Below, piece by piece: positions 42,780 through 58,088 of a stretch of DNA of 64,000 bases. A program made the position numbers and the translations under genes. The notes beneath the pieces are model-generated. The model did not search any database. It was given only the letters and a program-made list of their open reading frames with translations, and was not told the DNA's origin. The DNA is taken from the NCBI GenBank assembly GCA_964016885.1, contig OZ024755.1:7936001-8000000 (forward strand). Direction: 5' to 3'. The stretch's first letter is position 1. Each line of letters begins with the position of its first letter. Origin of the DNA: Eledone cirrhosa (lineage: Eukaryota).

Positions 42780-43145
42780 TACCACTTTGGAAGAAGAATC
42801 AGGATGGAGAGAGAGGTGCTGTACCGCAGCAAGTTTTATGAAAGGTGGGTGAAAGTGGCGAGAATGGCCCGAGTGAATGGGCCTTCTCTCTATATCAGCC
42901 TGTAGATTGAGGAAAAGGAGGAGGAGGGGAAAGGAGTACAAGCTCTTCGTACTCCTGGAGATGAGGGTTGCACATTTTTTCGGGGGTATGTGTTACCCAT
43001 ATAAACTGTCTCCCTCTATTGGGGAAAATCGACTAACTTTTAAATTCCATCTGTGATAACATTTTACACGTTTTTATTGTATGTAAACTTCCCCCTTTGT
43101 ATTTGTCCCCTTCTTTTGTGCCCCTGTGGCTAATAAAGAAATATA
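42780..43145 (+). mobile_element. Tx1/L1-like LINE 3' end: ORF2 C-terminus (42780-42905) plus 3'UTR
   Basis: Open frame YHFGRRIRMEREVLYRSKFYERWVKVARMARVNGPSLYISL* resembles the Tx1-type ORF2 C-terminal R.E...F..RW pattern; ends GCCCCTGTGGCTAATAAAGAAAT+(ATCT)n. Confidence 0.7.
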
Positions 43146-43247
43146 TCTATCTATCTATCTAACAAGCTATCTATCAGGACCATATCTATCATGGCGTATG
43201 TTTATAAAATGCAAACATATATATGCTTCAATTTACGCCTCTATCAT

Positions 43248-43283
<36 letters not shown>

Positions 43284-43474
43284 ATATATATATATGTCTC
43301 TGTGTGTGTGTGTGTGTGTATTTGTGTATCTATCCGTTTGTAAATCAGACCGAACACACACACGATTCAGACATATAAACATACCAGAGATACTTAACTG
43401 CAATATAGATAGATATTAATATACATGTCTAACTATCTACCTCTCTTTGTCTCATATTATATATATATATTTAA

Positions 43475-43662
43475 GGCGGTGGATTGGAAGTATCGGTAGA
43501 GGGTCGGACGCCATGCTTTCTAGCATAGTTACGTCCCTTTACAATCTGAGTTCAAATCCCGCCGAGGTTGACTTTGCCTTTCATCCTTACGGGGTCGATA
43601 AAATAAAGTACCAGTAATGCACTGAGTAATTTGGTGGCCTTGTGCCAAATGTAGAAACAATT
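43475..43662 (+). mobile_element. Meta-domain tRNA SINE, full length, with TA-rich 18-bp TSD
   Basis: ATTATATATATATATTTA on both sides. Confidence 0.92.
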
Positions 43663-43700
43663 ATATATATATATTTATATATATTATATACATATGTATG

Positions 43701-43747
<47 letters not shown>

Positions 43748-43914
43748 GTATGTATGTATCAAGTCTTATCTAATCTCTGTTTTAAGTCAGTTACATATTT
43801 TTCAGTCAATTTATCTTTTAATATTGTTTTCTCTCGGTGCCTGTCACTTTTCTGGCTCTTTCATGTATATTATATATATTATATATCATACACAAAATAT
43901 ATATTCGAATTAAT

Positions 43915-43973
<59 letters not shown>

Positions 43974-44114
43974 TTATTCATGTGTGTGTGGTTCTATCCA
44001 TGTAAAAGTGGACGTAAAATGATAATGCTTTCCATATACATAAACATATATATAGCTATATATATATAGATATATATACATACATACATTTACACACACA
44101 CACACACACACGCG

Positions 44115-44174
<60 letters not shown>

Positions 44175-44319
44175 TATATGTACATATATATATACATATA
44201 TATATATACATATATATATACATATATATATACATATATATATACATATATATATATACATACATATATACATATATATATATAGATACATATATATATA
44301 CATACATACATATATATGC

Positions 44320-44392
<73 letters not shown>

Positions 44393-45137
44393 TATATGAA
44401 TATATTAATATATATATATATATATAAATACATGAATATATATGAATATATATATACACCGTTTGAATACACAGAAATATATATCATATATTATGTATAT
44501 ATATATATATACTAAACGATAGAACAATGTCTATGAATCAATCCCTATCTTTTTCCCTCATCTCTTTCGTCCTGCACTGACTATCCTCTACACTACACCA
44601 TATCACAATCTATTGATACGTCCATTTATCTATATAAATATCAGTTTTTATATATCACCCTTCTTTCTCTGTTATTTTTACTATTTAACTTCTTTATATT
44701 TAAAACAATATTTCTATTCAGTTTATAATTTCTGGTCTTCTTCCTTGATGTCCTCTTTACCCATATAAACAAGACAATTGCTCATATCTCACCCGTACCC
44801 GTTTACTGCGGTACTAACGAGGAATCGACACAACAATATACTTTATCTTCTCCCCGTATTGTCATTCAATCTGTTCAAATATGCTGGTTGTCATACATGA
44901 CATCTTACAGAGTATTCTCTTCTCTTCAAATATAATGTTTCTTTCGGATAAATTTCTTTTCTCGTTGCTTACTGCGTGTAAAATAGTAAAATATGGCGCC
45001 GATTGTGAAGGTTGAACTGTTTAATTTTAGACCCACTTGCGAATATTCTAGTCATTTTCACACACCATAGAGGGAGTTTTATGTTATTGATAGTTAATAG
45101 ATGAATGTATATAGTATATGTTTGGTAAAATAACTGG

Positions 45138-45223
<86 letters not shown>

Positions 45224-45235
45224 CATGTATATATC

Positions 45236-45286
<51 letters not shown>

Positions 45287-45456
45287 CATATATGATATAT
45301 ACATACATATATGATATATATATATATATATACATACATATATGACATATATACATACAAATATGATATATATACATACATATATGATATATATATTCTG
45401 GGTCCAGAAATAGCCGTCGAAACAGCTTGACCTCTGCCGTCAGGGTCATACTTGAT

Positions 45457-45525
<69 letters not shown>

Positions 45526-45628
45526 TATATATATATATCATATATATATATCATATATATATATATATCATATATATAATATATATATCATACATATATA
45601 TATATATATATCATATATATATATATAT

Positions 45629-45683
<55 letters not shown>

Positions 45684-45725
45684 TATATATATATATCATA
45701 TATATCATATATATATATATATATC

Positions 45726-45757
<32 letters not shown>

Positions 45758-46074
45758 ACCATATATATAGACCATATATATACACCATATATATACACCA
45801 TATATATATATATATATGATATATGATATATATGAACATACATATATATATATATATCATATATATATACATATATATATACATATATATATATCATATA
45901 TATATACATAATATATACACATGTATTATATATATATTATATATATATACATATACACATATATTTCAGGCTGTGGAACAGCTCTTCCTTTATACATGTG
46001 TTGTTGGAAACACGGCTACATTCCAGTTTCAATTTCTTTAATAGAATCTTCTCAAATTTTCTAATAATACCTCT

Positions 46075-46246
46075 ACAGTCCGTTGGCGGCAACACAGTTC
46101 ATAAGTCAATAATTTGGTCAAAGTTTCTAGACATTCGCGGTCTCATCATCAGGAGTGTAGACAGTCTGTTGGCAGCAACACAGTTCATAAGTCAATAATT
46201 TGGTCAAAGTTTCTAGACATTCGCGGTCTCATCATCAAGAGTGTAG
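46075..46246 (-). repeat. 86-bp tandem duplication, each unit with a hammerhead-core-like motif
   Basis: Units at 46075 and 46161; minus strand CTGATGA-TGAGACCGCGAATGTCTA-GAAACTTTG (TTGATGA in the 46161 unit). Confidence 0.75.
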
Positions 46247-46364
46247 CTGGTTTATTTCTACTGCGTTTTTTTTTTATCACAGGCACGTGTATTTTATGAA
46301 CTTATATACCGTTCTTACTTCGCCTTCATTCTATTACTTTCATGCATTAATTTGTCTCTTAAAC

Positions 46365-46552
46365 GGCGGCGGATTGACTGTATTGGTAGAGGGTCGGACG
46401 CCATGCTTTGACGCATAGAGTTACGGCCCTTGCCATTCTGAGTTCAAATCCCGCCGAGGTTCACTTTGCCTTTCATCCTTACGGTGTCGATAAAATAAAG
46501 TACCAGTAATACACTGGGTAATTGCTGGCCTTGTGCCAAAAGTAGAAACAAT
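46365..46552 (+). mobile_element. Meta-domain tRNA SINE, full length, 20-bp TSD
   Basis: TSD ATTAATTTGTCTCTTAAACG at 46346-46365 and 46551-46570. Confidence 0.93.
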
Positions 46553-47094
46553 TAATTTGTCTCTTAAACGTGGCCGTTGGATTCCCTCATCATCAGACGT
46601 TACACGTTCATGACGTTTGGATGTAGCTCGTGGGGATGCATCTCGTGTGGCTAGCACCATATTGGATATTGATCTGGGCACCAAATTGCGAAGTAAGTAT
46701 GGCTTTCTAATTAATCGACTATTTTCACAGCACTGTCACCACATTCACCAACAGCAGCAACAACAACCTAGGCACCAAACACCACCAACACTAGCAACAA
46801 ATGAAAGATCAACATCAACACCCACCAATAAACACCACAGCCGCACTACCAGCACCAAAACATAACAATGGCGCTAGGACCATCAACAGGACCAGTACCA
46901 CCACCTACACCACCACCATCACCACCAACAACAATAACAGTGGTAATAGCACTATCAACAACAAGACCTGCACTACAACCAACACCAATACCAACCACAG
47001 CAGCAACGCTGCCAACACCAACAAGACAAGCACCACTTTCAGCACCACAAGCAGCAACTACAACAGCACTGACAACACCACCAACCACAGCAGG

Positions 47095-47403
47095 AACACT
47101 GCCAACAACAAAACCACCATCTACAGCAGCACTACCAACAACACTACCACCAACAACAACAGCAACAACAAGACCACCATCTACAGCAGCACTACCAACA
47201 CCAACAACACTACCACCAACAACAACAGCAACAACAAGACCACCATCTACAGCAGCACCACCAACACCAACACCACTACCACCAACAACAACAGCAACAA
47301 CAAGACCACCATCTACAGCAGCACCACCAACACCAACAACACTACCACCAACAACAACAGCAACAACAAGACCACCATCTACAGCAGCACCACCAACACC
47401 AAC
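47095..47403. repeat. 60/66-bp minisatellite within an AAC/ACC-rich tract
   Basis: ACCACCATCTACAGCAGCAC at 47113, 47173, 47239, 47305, 47371. Confidence 0.9.
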
Positions 47404-47856
47404 GTGAACGTGATTGACTGATTATATATCTGTTATAATTAGAATTAAATGACTACTCCATCTTCCTCCCTTTCACCTCATACTCCCACACTTTCCTTCT
47501 TCCCCCTCCCATCATATTTCACCTCCTCCCTTTCCTATCAACTTTTTCCTCCCTTCTTCTCCCTCTTCCCATCATACTCCACCTCCTTTCTTCCCTTTCC
47601 CCATGCCAACATACTCCCCTCCTTCCTTCCCTCCACCTTTTCCCTTCATACTACCCCTCTCGTTATACTCCCCCTCCTCCCACCATACTGATACACGATA
47701 ATGAATCTCTGTTTCCTAATTTACATCACGTGATTTATATATAAATTAGGAGGTGAGGGGGAGGGAGAGAGGGAGGGAGGGAGCTGGAGTTTAATGGCTT
47801 AATGATATTATCAGGGGTGGTCTGCAGAATGTTGATTCTCATGATGTATGTCTACA

Positions 47857-47965
47857 CAGGCATGGCTGGGTGGTTAAGCAGCTTGTTTCACAACCATAAG
47901 GTCTCGAGTTCAATTCTACAGCCCGGCATCTTGGACAAATATATTTATACATAGTTTCAGGTTCA
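47857..47965 (+). mobile_element. Old tRNA-derived SINE 5' part
   Basis: CAGGCATGGCTGGGTGGTTAAG...GAGTTCAATTCT...CATCTTGGACAAAT; related to 63570. Confidence 0.65.
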
Positions 47966-48059
47966 TCAGAGAATCTAGAAGATGCCATTTCACAATTTTG
48001 TTACTAATCCGGCTGAAACCGTTCTAGTTTTATGATACAAAAGTACTCATACATATATT

Positions 48060-48385
48060 AAAACCTTCCATGAGACTAATAAAATGACAAGTTAGTCAAT
48101 CATATTGTTGGCCTTCCCATAGCCCCGGCGGACAGAATGGAGAAAGCGTTTCCCCGGAGGACGGCTAGGGAGAAGCGATGGAAAAGCCATTCCCACTCGC
48201 GAGACTCACACCTGCGGCTTGCCAGCTCAGCGCCTATGGTGATGAGTAGGGAGGTAGCCCTAGGGCCGAGGACACCAGAAATCTCCACTTCCAAAGGTAC
48301 GACAGCAAAGGTGTCGGAGAGCGACCGGTATTTGGAGCGTTTGGCCTCCTCAGCCCGACGTCTAGCAGAACCTGGGTGTGAAATT
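48060..48385 (-). mobile_element. CRE-clade non-LTR retrotransposon 3' end: restriction-like endonuclease C-terminus
   Basis: PGSARRRAEEAKRSKYRSLSDTFAVVPLEVEISGVLGP...WLFHRFSLAVLRGNAFSIL matches the CRE/SLACS K..KY..L...F.P...E..G..G / QR.S.AV.RGNA pattern. Confidence 0.85.
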
Positions 48386-48710
48386 GTGCAGACGGTGTGG
48401 AAGTCCATCTGATAGATTGTACTTGTAACAGAAAGGTCTGACTTGGTCACATATTTTGTCAAACTAACTCTTCCTGAGAATTACGTTCAGGAATACTCAA
48501 CCACGTAAAAACATTAATTTAATGAGTAGGTAGTTCAGTTGGTTGAACACCAGAATTGTCACTGTCATGTATATCAAAGCTATTGCTTTTTGTTACGATT
48601 ACGATTACGATTTCTGTTGGTATTTAGAGACCTTAGACTTACATGATGGAGGTAACTGTATTAACATTTAATATACGATGCAACAAGTCTAGTGAGACAT
48701 CTATTTTGTG

Positions 48711-48895
48711 TCAATGTAACCTGACCTCACTATACACGAACAAAACATATCAGTCTTAGCTCAATGCGGCCTGAAACCTCACTATACACGAACAAAACAG
48801 ATATGTCCTGGCTCAATATAACTTGAGACAACACTACACATGTGCAAGGCAGACCTACCTTGGCTCAATGCGGCCTGAGACCACAATATACACTC
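48711..48895. repeat. Diverged ~50-52-bp tandem repeat (~3.5 units)
   Basis: TCAAT...CTGA..CACTATACAC recurs. Confidence 0.75.
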
Positions 48896-49618
48896 TGCCA
48901 TGTAAGTATTTATTCGTGCAGTAATTGATGTGGGTTTTTTTTATATCGTTTGCTAACCAACCTGACTATGTCAAGACTTGAGACTGAAACAGAAAGAGAA
49001 TGACAAACAGCGACAGGCAGAAGGATAGTGAGAAGAGAGAAAGAACGATAAAGAGAAACAGAGAGAATGAGATCTAAAGGCCACTATATATAAAAGATTG
49101 CTGTAGCGTTTGTAATGAAGTTGATCAGTGCATACAATATGGCGCCGGTTTCTTCTCGTGTATTCGAAGATTTCGGCTTTCCACAACAGAAATTTGATGT
49201 GAGCATGCATGAAATGTGTAATTGTCTACATTTTATGATAATCCTGTAGTTATTATCCGAAGTATAGCTAATGTGTCCATTTGTTAGTATGGGGGGTGGT
49301 TTCTCAATACAGGCATGAGATGATTGTATGAGTTGACTATCAATATTTGATATTAATTTTGTCATTAACTGTGCCTCATTTCAATATGTTTTGAATGTAA
49401 CTGATTCAAATGTATTAATAGTTTAGAGAAGAGATATAATATCTTGGCAGTCATAATTATTATACAGAAAACATTGTCTTCAATGGCTGTAAGTTGTTTG
49501 AAACGCTAGAAACACTTTGTGTCTGATGTGATGCCTCAAGAGAATAACGAGCAAGTGGAGTGTGATGTGTTTAGTAGAGTGTAATGGCTTTAGTAGATTT
49601 CTTTACTATTAAAATATG

Positions 49619-49672
<54 letters not shown>

Positions 49673-49773
49673 CATATATACATCTATATATACATACATA
49701 AATACATATATAAATATATACATAAATACACCGACACAGACACACACAAAAATATATATATATATATATATAC

Positions 49774-49842
<69 letters not shown>

Positions 49843-49845
<3 letters not shown>

Positions 49846-49968
49846 CGAAGTGAGTGTGATAAGGAACCAGATGGACCATAACGCACCAGAGTACTCAATA
49901 CTTAGAGTAGTAGAGTGGGTAATAGGAAAATGTTAAACCCCGACGGCAGAGCTCAAGCCGTTTCGACG
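49843..49968 (-). mobile_element. PLE-like terminus, family A
   Basis: Homologous to 366-490; between (TA)n and (GA)n. Confidence 0.65.
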
Positions 49969-50124
49969 GAGAGAGAGAGACTCTCATAGATACGTTGATC
50001 TATAGAGACTGACAGCTAAGACTGTGTGATGTAATCTTGACAACATTACAGATGTGAGCATACATACAAATACCATTAGATATAAACCCGAAAAGAAGAG
50101 AACCTCATCCCCTACATATACAAA

Positions 50125-50372
50125 GATGGACCAGCTCTTGAAATGGTCATGCAAATGTCTGAGCATTCCACAAACACGTGTTCCCTTAACATAACTCTCG
50201 GCAAGAGACACCATGACACAGTGTGATAAGCCTACACTTTTGAATTAGGGGTATAACTCATATTTTCAACTAAATGAAAGTCCCATGCTCAAGGATACAA
50301 CGCTCAACCCGGTTCTGAAATCCAACACATGATCGTGACTCAATCACCTCAACCGCAAAGTCACGTGACTTA
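50125..50372 (-). mobile_element. Old tRNA SINE with Nin-like central domain
   Basis: Minus strand GAGAGTTATGTTAAGGGAACACGTGTTTGTGGAATGCTCAG; related fragment at ~48420-48570 (+). Domain name from recollection. Confidence 0.55.
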
Positions 50373-50684
50373 GTGTTAATAGTATTATTATTATCATCAT
50401 CATCATTGTCATCATCATCATGTTCATGAGTAAGAGTTATATATTTCAATATAAAATATTTTTTTTATATATTTATATCTATGTTTAATAATACCGATAT
50501 TAGTAACAAGAATTACGATAACAGTAATAATATCAGAAATAACAACAACAACAACAACAACAATAATAATATCAATAATGATAATAATAATAATAATAAT
50601 AATAATAATTTAGTTTGAGATTTCGTTTCATATCAGATTATCTGTTGGTTGTCCAGCAGATATAAAGATGGTTGGTTTGTTAAA

Positions 50685-51375
50685 ATGGTGATGATGGTGG
50701 TAGAGGTGGTTGCGGTGGTGGTGATGGTGGTTGTAGTGGTGGTGATGGTTGTGGTGGTGATTGAGGTGGTTGTGGTGGTGATGAATGGTGGTGGTGGTGG
50801 TGGTAGTGGTTGGGGTGTCGGTGGTGGTGATGGTGGTGGTGGTGGTAGTGGTTGAGGTGTTGGTGGTGGTGGTGGTAGTGGTTGGGGTGTTGGTGGTGGT
50901 GATGGTGGTGGTGGTGGTAGTGGTTGAGGTGGTGATGGTTGTGGTGGTGGTGGTGGTGGTGGTGGTGGTCGTCGTCGTCGTCGAGGTGGTGGTGGTTAAG
51001 GTGGTGATGATGGTGGTGGTTAAGTTGGTGATTGTGGTAGATGTGTTGGTGGTGGTGGTGATCGTGATGGTGGTGAAGGTAGTGGTTGGGTGAGGAGTGA
51101 TGGTGGTTATAGTGTTTGTGGTAGTGATAGTGGGAATAGTGCTAGCGATTTATAGCAGTGATGGCGGTGATGGTGGCGGTGGAGGCGGTTGTAGCGGTGG
51201 GGGTAGTAGTGATGGTAGTGGTGGTAGTGATGATGGTGGTCGTGGTGATGATGGTGGTCGTGGTGGTGGTGGTGGTGTTGGTGGTTGTAGTGGTGGGGAT
51301 AGTAGTAATAGTAGTGGTGGTAGTGGTGGTGATAGTGGTGGTGGTAGTGGTGGTGGTGGTGGTAGTGGTAGTGGT
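50685..51375. repeat. (GGT)n-derived tract
   Basis: Direct reading. Confidence 0.9.
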
Positions 51376-51661
51376 AGATACAGGGGGGAAGGGGTTAGAT
51401 TAATGAGAGCTGATTTCTGTCTAGATAGGGCCTAGTGCCATCTACTATGTAACGATAATTCCTGTAGTAAATATCAAGCAGATACTATTAATATGTTGTG
51501 CTGTCTTTGGAAATACGGTTATTGGCAATGTGGCCGGATAATGTGAGGAAATCTTTTATAGCCATCAAATCTTGTTCTTTATAACTCTACAGCTTTTATC
51601 GCTTCAAACTACAACTGGTTGTATGTCCTCGATGTCTGTGTTAAATATATACATATATATA

Positions 51662-51730
<69 letters not shown>

Positions 51731-51737
51731 TTAAAAC

Positions 51738-51804
<67 letters not shown>

Positions 51805-51894
51805 CATTTAAAACATATATATATGTATATATATATGCGTGTGTGTGTGTGTATTTAAAACATATATATGTGTATGTGTGTGTGTATCTATATG

Positions 51895-51988
<94 letters not shown>

Positions 51989-52033
51989 AATGTATGCATA
52001 TGTACATATATATATGTATATAAATATATCTAA

Positions 52034-52068
<35 letters not shown>

Positions 52069-52078
52069 CAAACACACC

Positions 52079-52129
<51 letters not shown>

Positions 52130-52257
52130 GTATGTATACATATAAGTATATATATATACATATATGCATACATATATATATACATACATATGATAGTACA
52201 CACATATGTATATATATATAAACCAAGTGCATTACCGAAAACCTGGAAGAATATACT

Positions 52258-52324
<67 letters not shown>

Positions 52325-52673
52325 GTGTGTGTGTGTGTGTGTTACTGTGTGTGTGTATAAATATTATCAATAGAGATATATGAATATATATGGTGTGTAC
52401 ATAAATAATGATAGAGAGATGAGGTGAAGATAAGTTTGTTTTATGTAATTATGTACGAACATGTATATATGTGTATATGCGTGTGTGTATGAGTGTGCGT
52501 ATGTATATATATGTATATATATATGTATATATATATGTATATATATATGTATATATATATGTATATATATATATACATATATGTACATATATGTATATAT
52601 ATGTGTATATATGTATGTATCTATGTATGTATATATATATGTATATATATATGTATATATATATATGTATATA

Positions 52674-52747
<74 letters not shown>

Positions 52748-52904
52748 TGTACATATATGTATGTATATATTGGCACATGTGCGCACATATTGAAAAAGTT
52801 AAAGCGCGGGAAAATGAACGTTAAAAGATTGAATCGCGATATATATTTCAGTTTCCATTCAGGCGCACTTGAATACACATATGTACTGTACATAGATATG
52901 GGGG

Positions 52905-53812
<908 letters not shown>

Positions 53813-53823
53813 AACACATCTAT

Positions 53824-53896
<73 letters not shown>

Positions 53897-54161
53897 ATAG
53901 TGTGTGTGTATAGGTGTGTGTTTAACGTTAGTCACCCCAACCGACACCACAAAGTTTGTTTATAGATGGCATAATACCTCAGTGGCTAAAATTCAACAGA
54001 AAACCCCGTCTTCAACAGATAGGGATGAAATTTCCGATTAAATCAACATCATCCATAAATTTAAGCAATCAAAATTGTTATCTTCTCTGTTGTATTACCA
54101 TTAATGAAATTATTGTTGTTGTTGGTAGTGGTGGTGGTGGTAGTAACAGTAGTAATAATAT

Positions 54162-54212
<51 letters not shown>

Positions 54213-54327
54213 CAGCAGTAGTAGCAGCAGCAGTAGCAGCAGCAGCAGTAGTAGTAGTAGTGATGGTTGAGGTGTAGTTGGTGGTGGTGGTTTTAATGTA
54301 GTAATAGTAGTGATTGTGGTGGTTTTA

Positions 54328-54426
<99 letters not shown>

Positions 54427-54593
54427 CAGTAGTAGCAGTAGTAACAGTAGTAGTAGTTTACTGCATAGCCGAGTGTAGCATCTCTGTCTTATCAGGTCTT
54501 TATATATATATTGTATGTATGTATATATATATGTTATATATATACATATTTGTGTATGCATATATGTATGTATTTATGTATGTATGTTTTATG

Positions 54594-54637
<44 letters not shown>

Positions 54638-54649
54638 CATATATATGTA

Positions 54650-54680
<31 letters not shown>

Positions 54681-54689
54681 TTTATGTTT

Positions 54690-54720
<31 letters not shown>

Positions 54721-55353
54721 CATAAATATGTATATACATATATGTATGTATATATATATACACACACATATATATATGTATATATATCTATGTATATATA
54801 TATATAATTATTTATATACATATATGTGTGTGTGTCTATATATATATAAATATATATATATATGTGTATCTATATATGTATGTATATATGTATTTATGTA
54901 TGTATGTATTCATATTTTAATACGAAAGAAATCTATTCTACATAATATGTTTACAGTAAGCAAATATAGTTGTTTGGGTTTTTTTTAAATTTTGTTTGTG
55001 TGTTTATTTGCGTTGTTTTTCTTTTAATTTTTCTAATCGCTTTTGTTATGATGTGGTGTCTGTTACTTCCATCCTTTCCCACTATTCCATCCCACGCATC
55101 CAATCCTCTCATTTAGACTATCACACTAAGTCCTAGATCTTTATATTCGGATAATTTATCCATTAAATTTATCCATAAATACTCCATTTTTAGAGATATC
55201 TTATTTTATGGGATTTAAATAACTGGAAGACATTTTGAAAAAAATTCAGAAGACGTAAATTTTTTAGCCTGATGTTATTTGTACATTTGAATACTAAGCT
55301 TGGGTTTAATGTTTAGCATATTTATGTATCAAAACTAAGCTTCTTCTGTTTTA

Positions 55354-55384
<31 letters not shown>

Positions 55385-55440
55385 TGTATGTATGTATGTA
55401 TGTATGTATGTATGTATGTATGTATGTATGTATGTATGTA

Positions 55441-56030
55441 TGCCAGTTTAGTCGTCAACGACCCGACCTGTCCCATGGTCGGGTCGTTGGCGACTAAACT
55501 GGCAACCCCACCAAGGTTTCTTGGTGAGGAGGGTGACTTTGGACATCCTGCAGGACTAAAAACAAAACCTGTCAAAGGGCAAAGGAGCTCTTAAGAGTCA
55601 ATGGCCATCCAAAAATCACCGGGAGAGATGACCCCTTAGCCTTCGTCAAGGCAGAATTCTAGGAGAAGGAAAACTCTGATATAACACCTGCAACCCTGAT
55701 GGTATCCAATGATGTTGACTTGTTCTTCTTTTTGGTAAATATCATCTTGGTTAAGAGAGTGGGACTGGCTTTGTGCAGTGCCTTTGCTCACTATAAAAGC
55801 TTCACGGCACAGGCATTGCTTTATATCTGGAGATCTCTCTGCACTTGTCGTCACATGGTACCATCGGCCCAGCACTATGTGTCAATAATTGTCACAAGTG
55901 TAGTGTTTGTACCAGAATGTCCATGCCGCTGGCTGGACTAAAAAGTCACACTCGTTCAGCGCATCGGTAGGGGTTCTCCTACATGGATATAAAGTAGTGG
56001 CCGTACTCGAAAACGAGTTGGCAGCCACCA
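55441..56030 (+). mobile_element. ~590-bp ORF-less RTE-derived element in (TATG)n with 5' fold-back hairpin
   Basis: RTE-like CTAGGAGAAGGAAAACTCTGAT; 5' part matches 1-200, 3' part matches 24906-25080; hairpin arms 55441-55468 / 55477-55504. Confidence 0.7.
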
Positions 56031-56300
56031 TGTATGTATGTATGTATTTATGCATCAAGATTTAAAAAATTCTTTTTTCAATATATATTTTCATTTGTAT
56101 GTATGTATGTATTTATTTATTCATCAAGTTTTTTAAAAAAATATATATATTTTTTTATTTGTATATATGCATGTATCTATGTATCTATGTACGTTTTTTT
56201 GTGGAGCGAGAGACTCCTAGTCTTCAATAAGATATCTTTGTAGGAGATGGACTCTTTGATATAAAACCTGCGACTTCGTTTGCATCCAATGATGTAGACC

Positions 56301-56364
<64 letters not shown>

Positions 56365-56575
56365 GAGAGTTATAAACTCAAATAGTCTTTTACAATTAAA
56401 TAGCTCAAAGAAAGGAATATTTCTGAGCCGTGTAATACAAATGAATATATGATAGGGATAAACACTGATACAAGTATACATGTGTTCGTATTGCAAATGA
56501 CCAAGTTAGCTAGATTGAAAAATACTAATTAAAATAAGACGGTTTGCCTGTCTCGATTTAAAATAATAAATCAAT

Positions 56576-56631
<56 letters not shown>

Positions 56632-57032
56632 CGTGTGGGTGGGTGTGTGGGTGTGTGTGTGTGTGTGCGTGTGTGAGTGTGTGTATATATATATATATAT
56701 TTAAATATTTGTCTGGAAGAAACGATCGTCAGCAATTAAATGCATTAAACATAAATTTTATTTGTTTTCTATGTTGTATATATATATAATTTAAGAAATC
56801 GACAAAAAAGAGATCCAAAAATTCATATTAAATATTTGTTTCACGCTTTATATGAAAAAGGGGAAAGAAAGTTCGATTGTCGGGCTTTAGACCTTCTTCG
56901 GGAGTTTATATTTACATATCTAGATACATATACATACATACATTCATACACCTACATACATACATACATACATACATACATACATACATACATACATACA
57001 TACATACATACATACATACATGCATGCATGCA

Positions 57033-57330
57033 TGATGGCTGCCCCATCGTTATCGCGTATGGTTATTGCACGATATAACATTAGTAATTATCAATTAATT
57101 CTATCGTGCAATGCCTGTGCGTGAACATTTTGTTTAAAGTGAGGAAATACTGTGCACTGAGCCAATCCCACTCTCTGAGCGACAGTAGCTATAACCCGAA
57201 AAGAAGAAAAGATCCACATCATCGGTAACTACTGAGCTGCAGTTTTTATATCGGAGTTATCCCAATTTCCTGAGTTGCTTTCTTCTAGAATAATGCCCTG
57301 GCAAGGACTAGGGGACCTTCACTCACAGTT
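57033..57330 (-). mobile_element. Diverged relative of the RTE-derived element, next to (CATA)n
   Basis: GCACTGAGCCAATCCCACTCTCT, TTATATCGGAGTT and TTCTTCTAGAAT..GCCCTGGCAAGGACTAGGGGAC align to 55630-55780 in reverse. Confidence 0.6.
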
Positions 57331-57710
57331 GTTTAACCGTGCGATCCGTTATCCAGCCCGATTATTTCTACATACATAAAAATATATATTGAAAGCATTT
57401 TTTTTCAAATCTTTATGAACAAAGGAACGAATTAAAAGTAAAAAGGGAAGAAGATAGAAAGTAAGTAGGAAAATATTGTATAAATACAAAATGGCTGATA
57501 AAACAAAACAAGCAAAGTCAAAAAACAGACACGTTAGTGACTATCTAAAGCCTTGAGCAATAGTAACATCGCTCTCAACAACTCGCCAACTACAAAACAA
57601 TAGATTTCATTAAACAGTTTTTGATGTGTCTACAAATATTCGCAATGTATTAGAAAAACAAAGGAAATTACTACTAACTAAACAGAATGAATAAATACAT
57701 ACACACACAT

Positions 57711-57811
<101 letters not shown>

Positions 57812-57827
57812 AGTGTGTATTCGTATA

Positions 57828-57862
<35 letters not shown>

Positions 57863-58051
57863 TCCTATAATTTTTCTATATATGCAAAATTACAGACACG
57901 TATGTATGCATATGTGTGTGTGGACATATATATATATATATATATACACCCACACACATATATATATATATATATAAATATATATATATATACATACACA
58001 CACACATACATACATATATATATATAATTATATATATATATACACACACAC

Positions 58052-58088
<37 letters not shown>

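Noticed and set aside
44810-44960. Possible decayed GIY-YIG coding remnant (MSCMTTSIFEQIE*QYGEKIKYI) on the minus strand
   Set aside because: Resemblance is too weak and interrupted by stops; would need an HMM search.
47945-47972. CTGATGA-ACCT-GAAA on the minus strand
   Set aside because: Stem II is too short, there is no stem I, and it lies at the end of an old SINE fragment.
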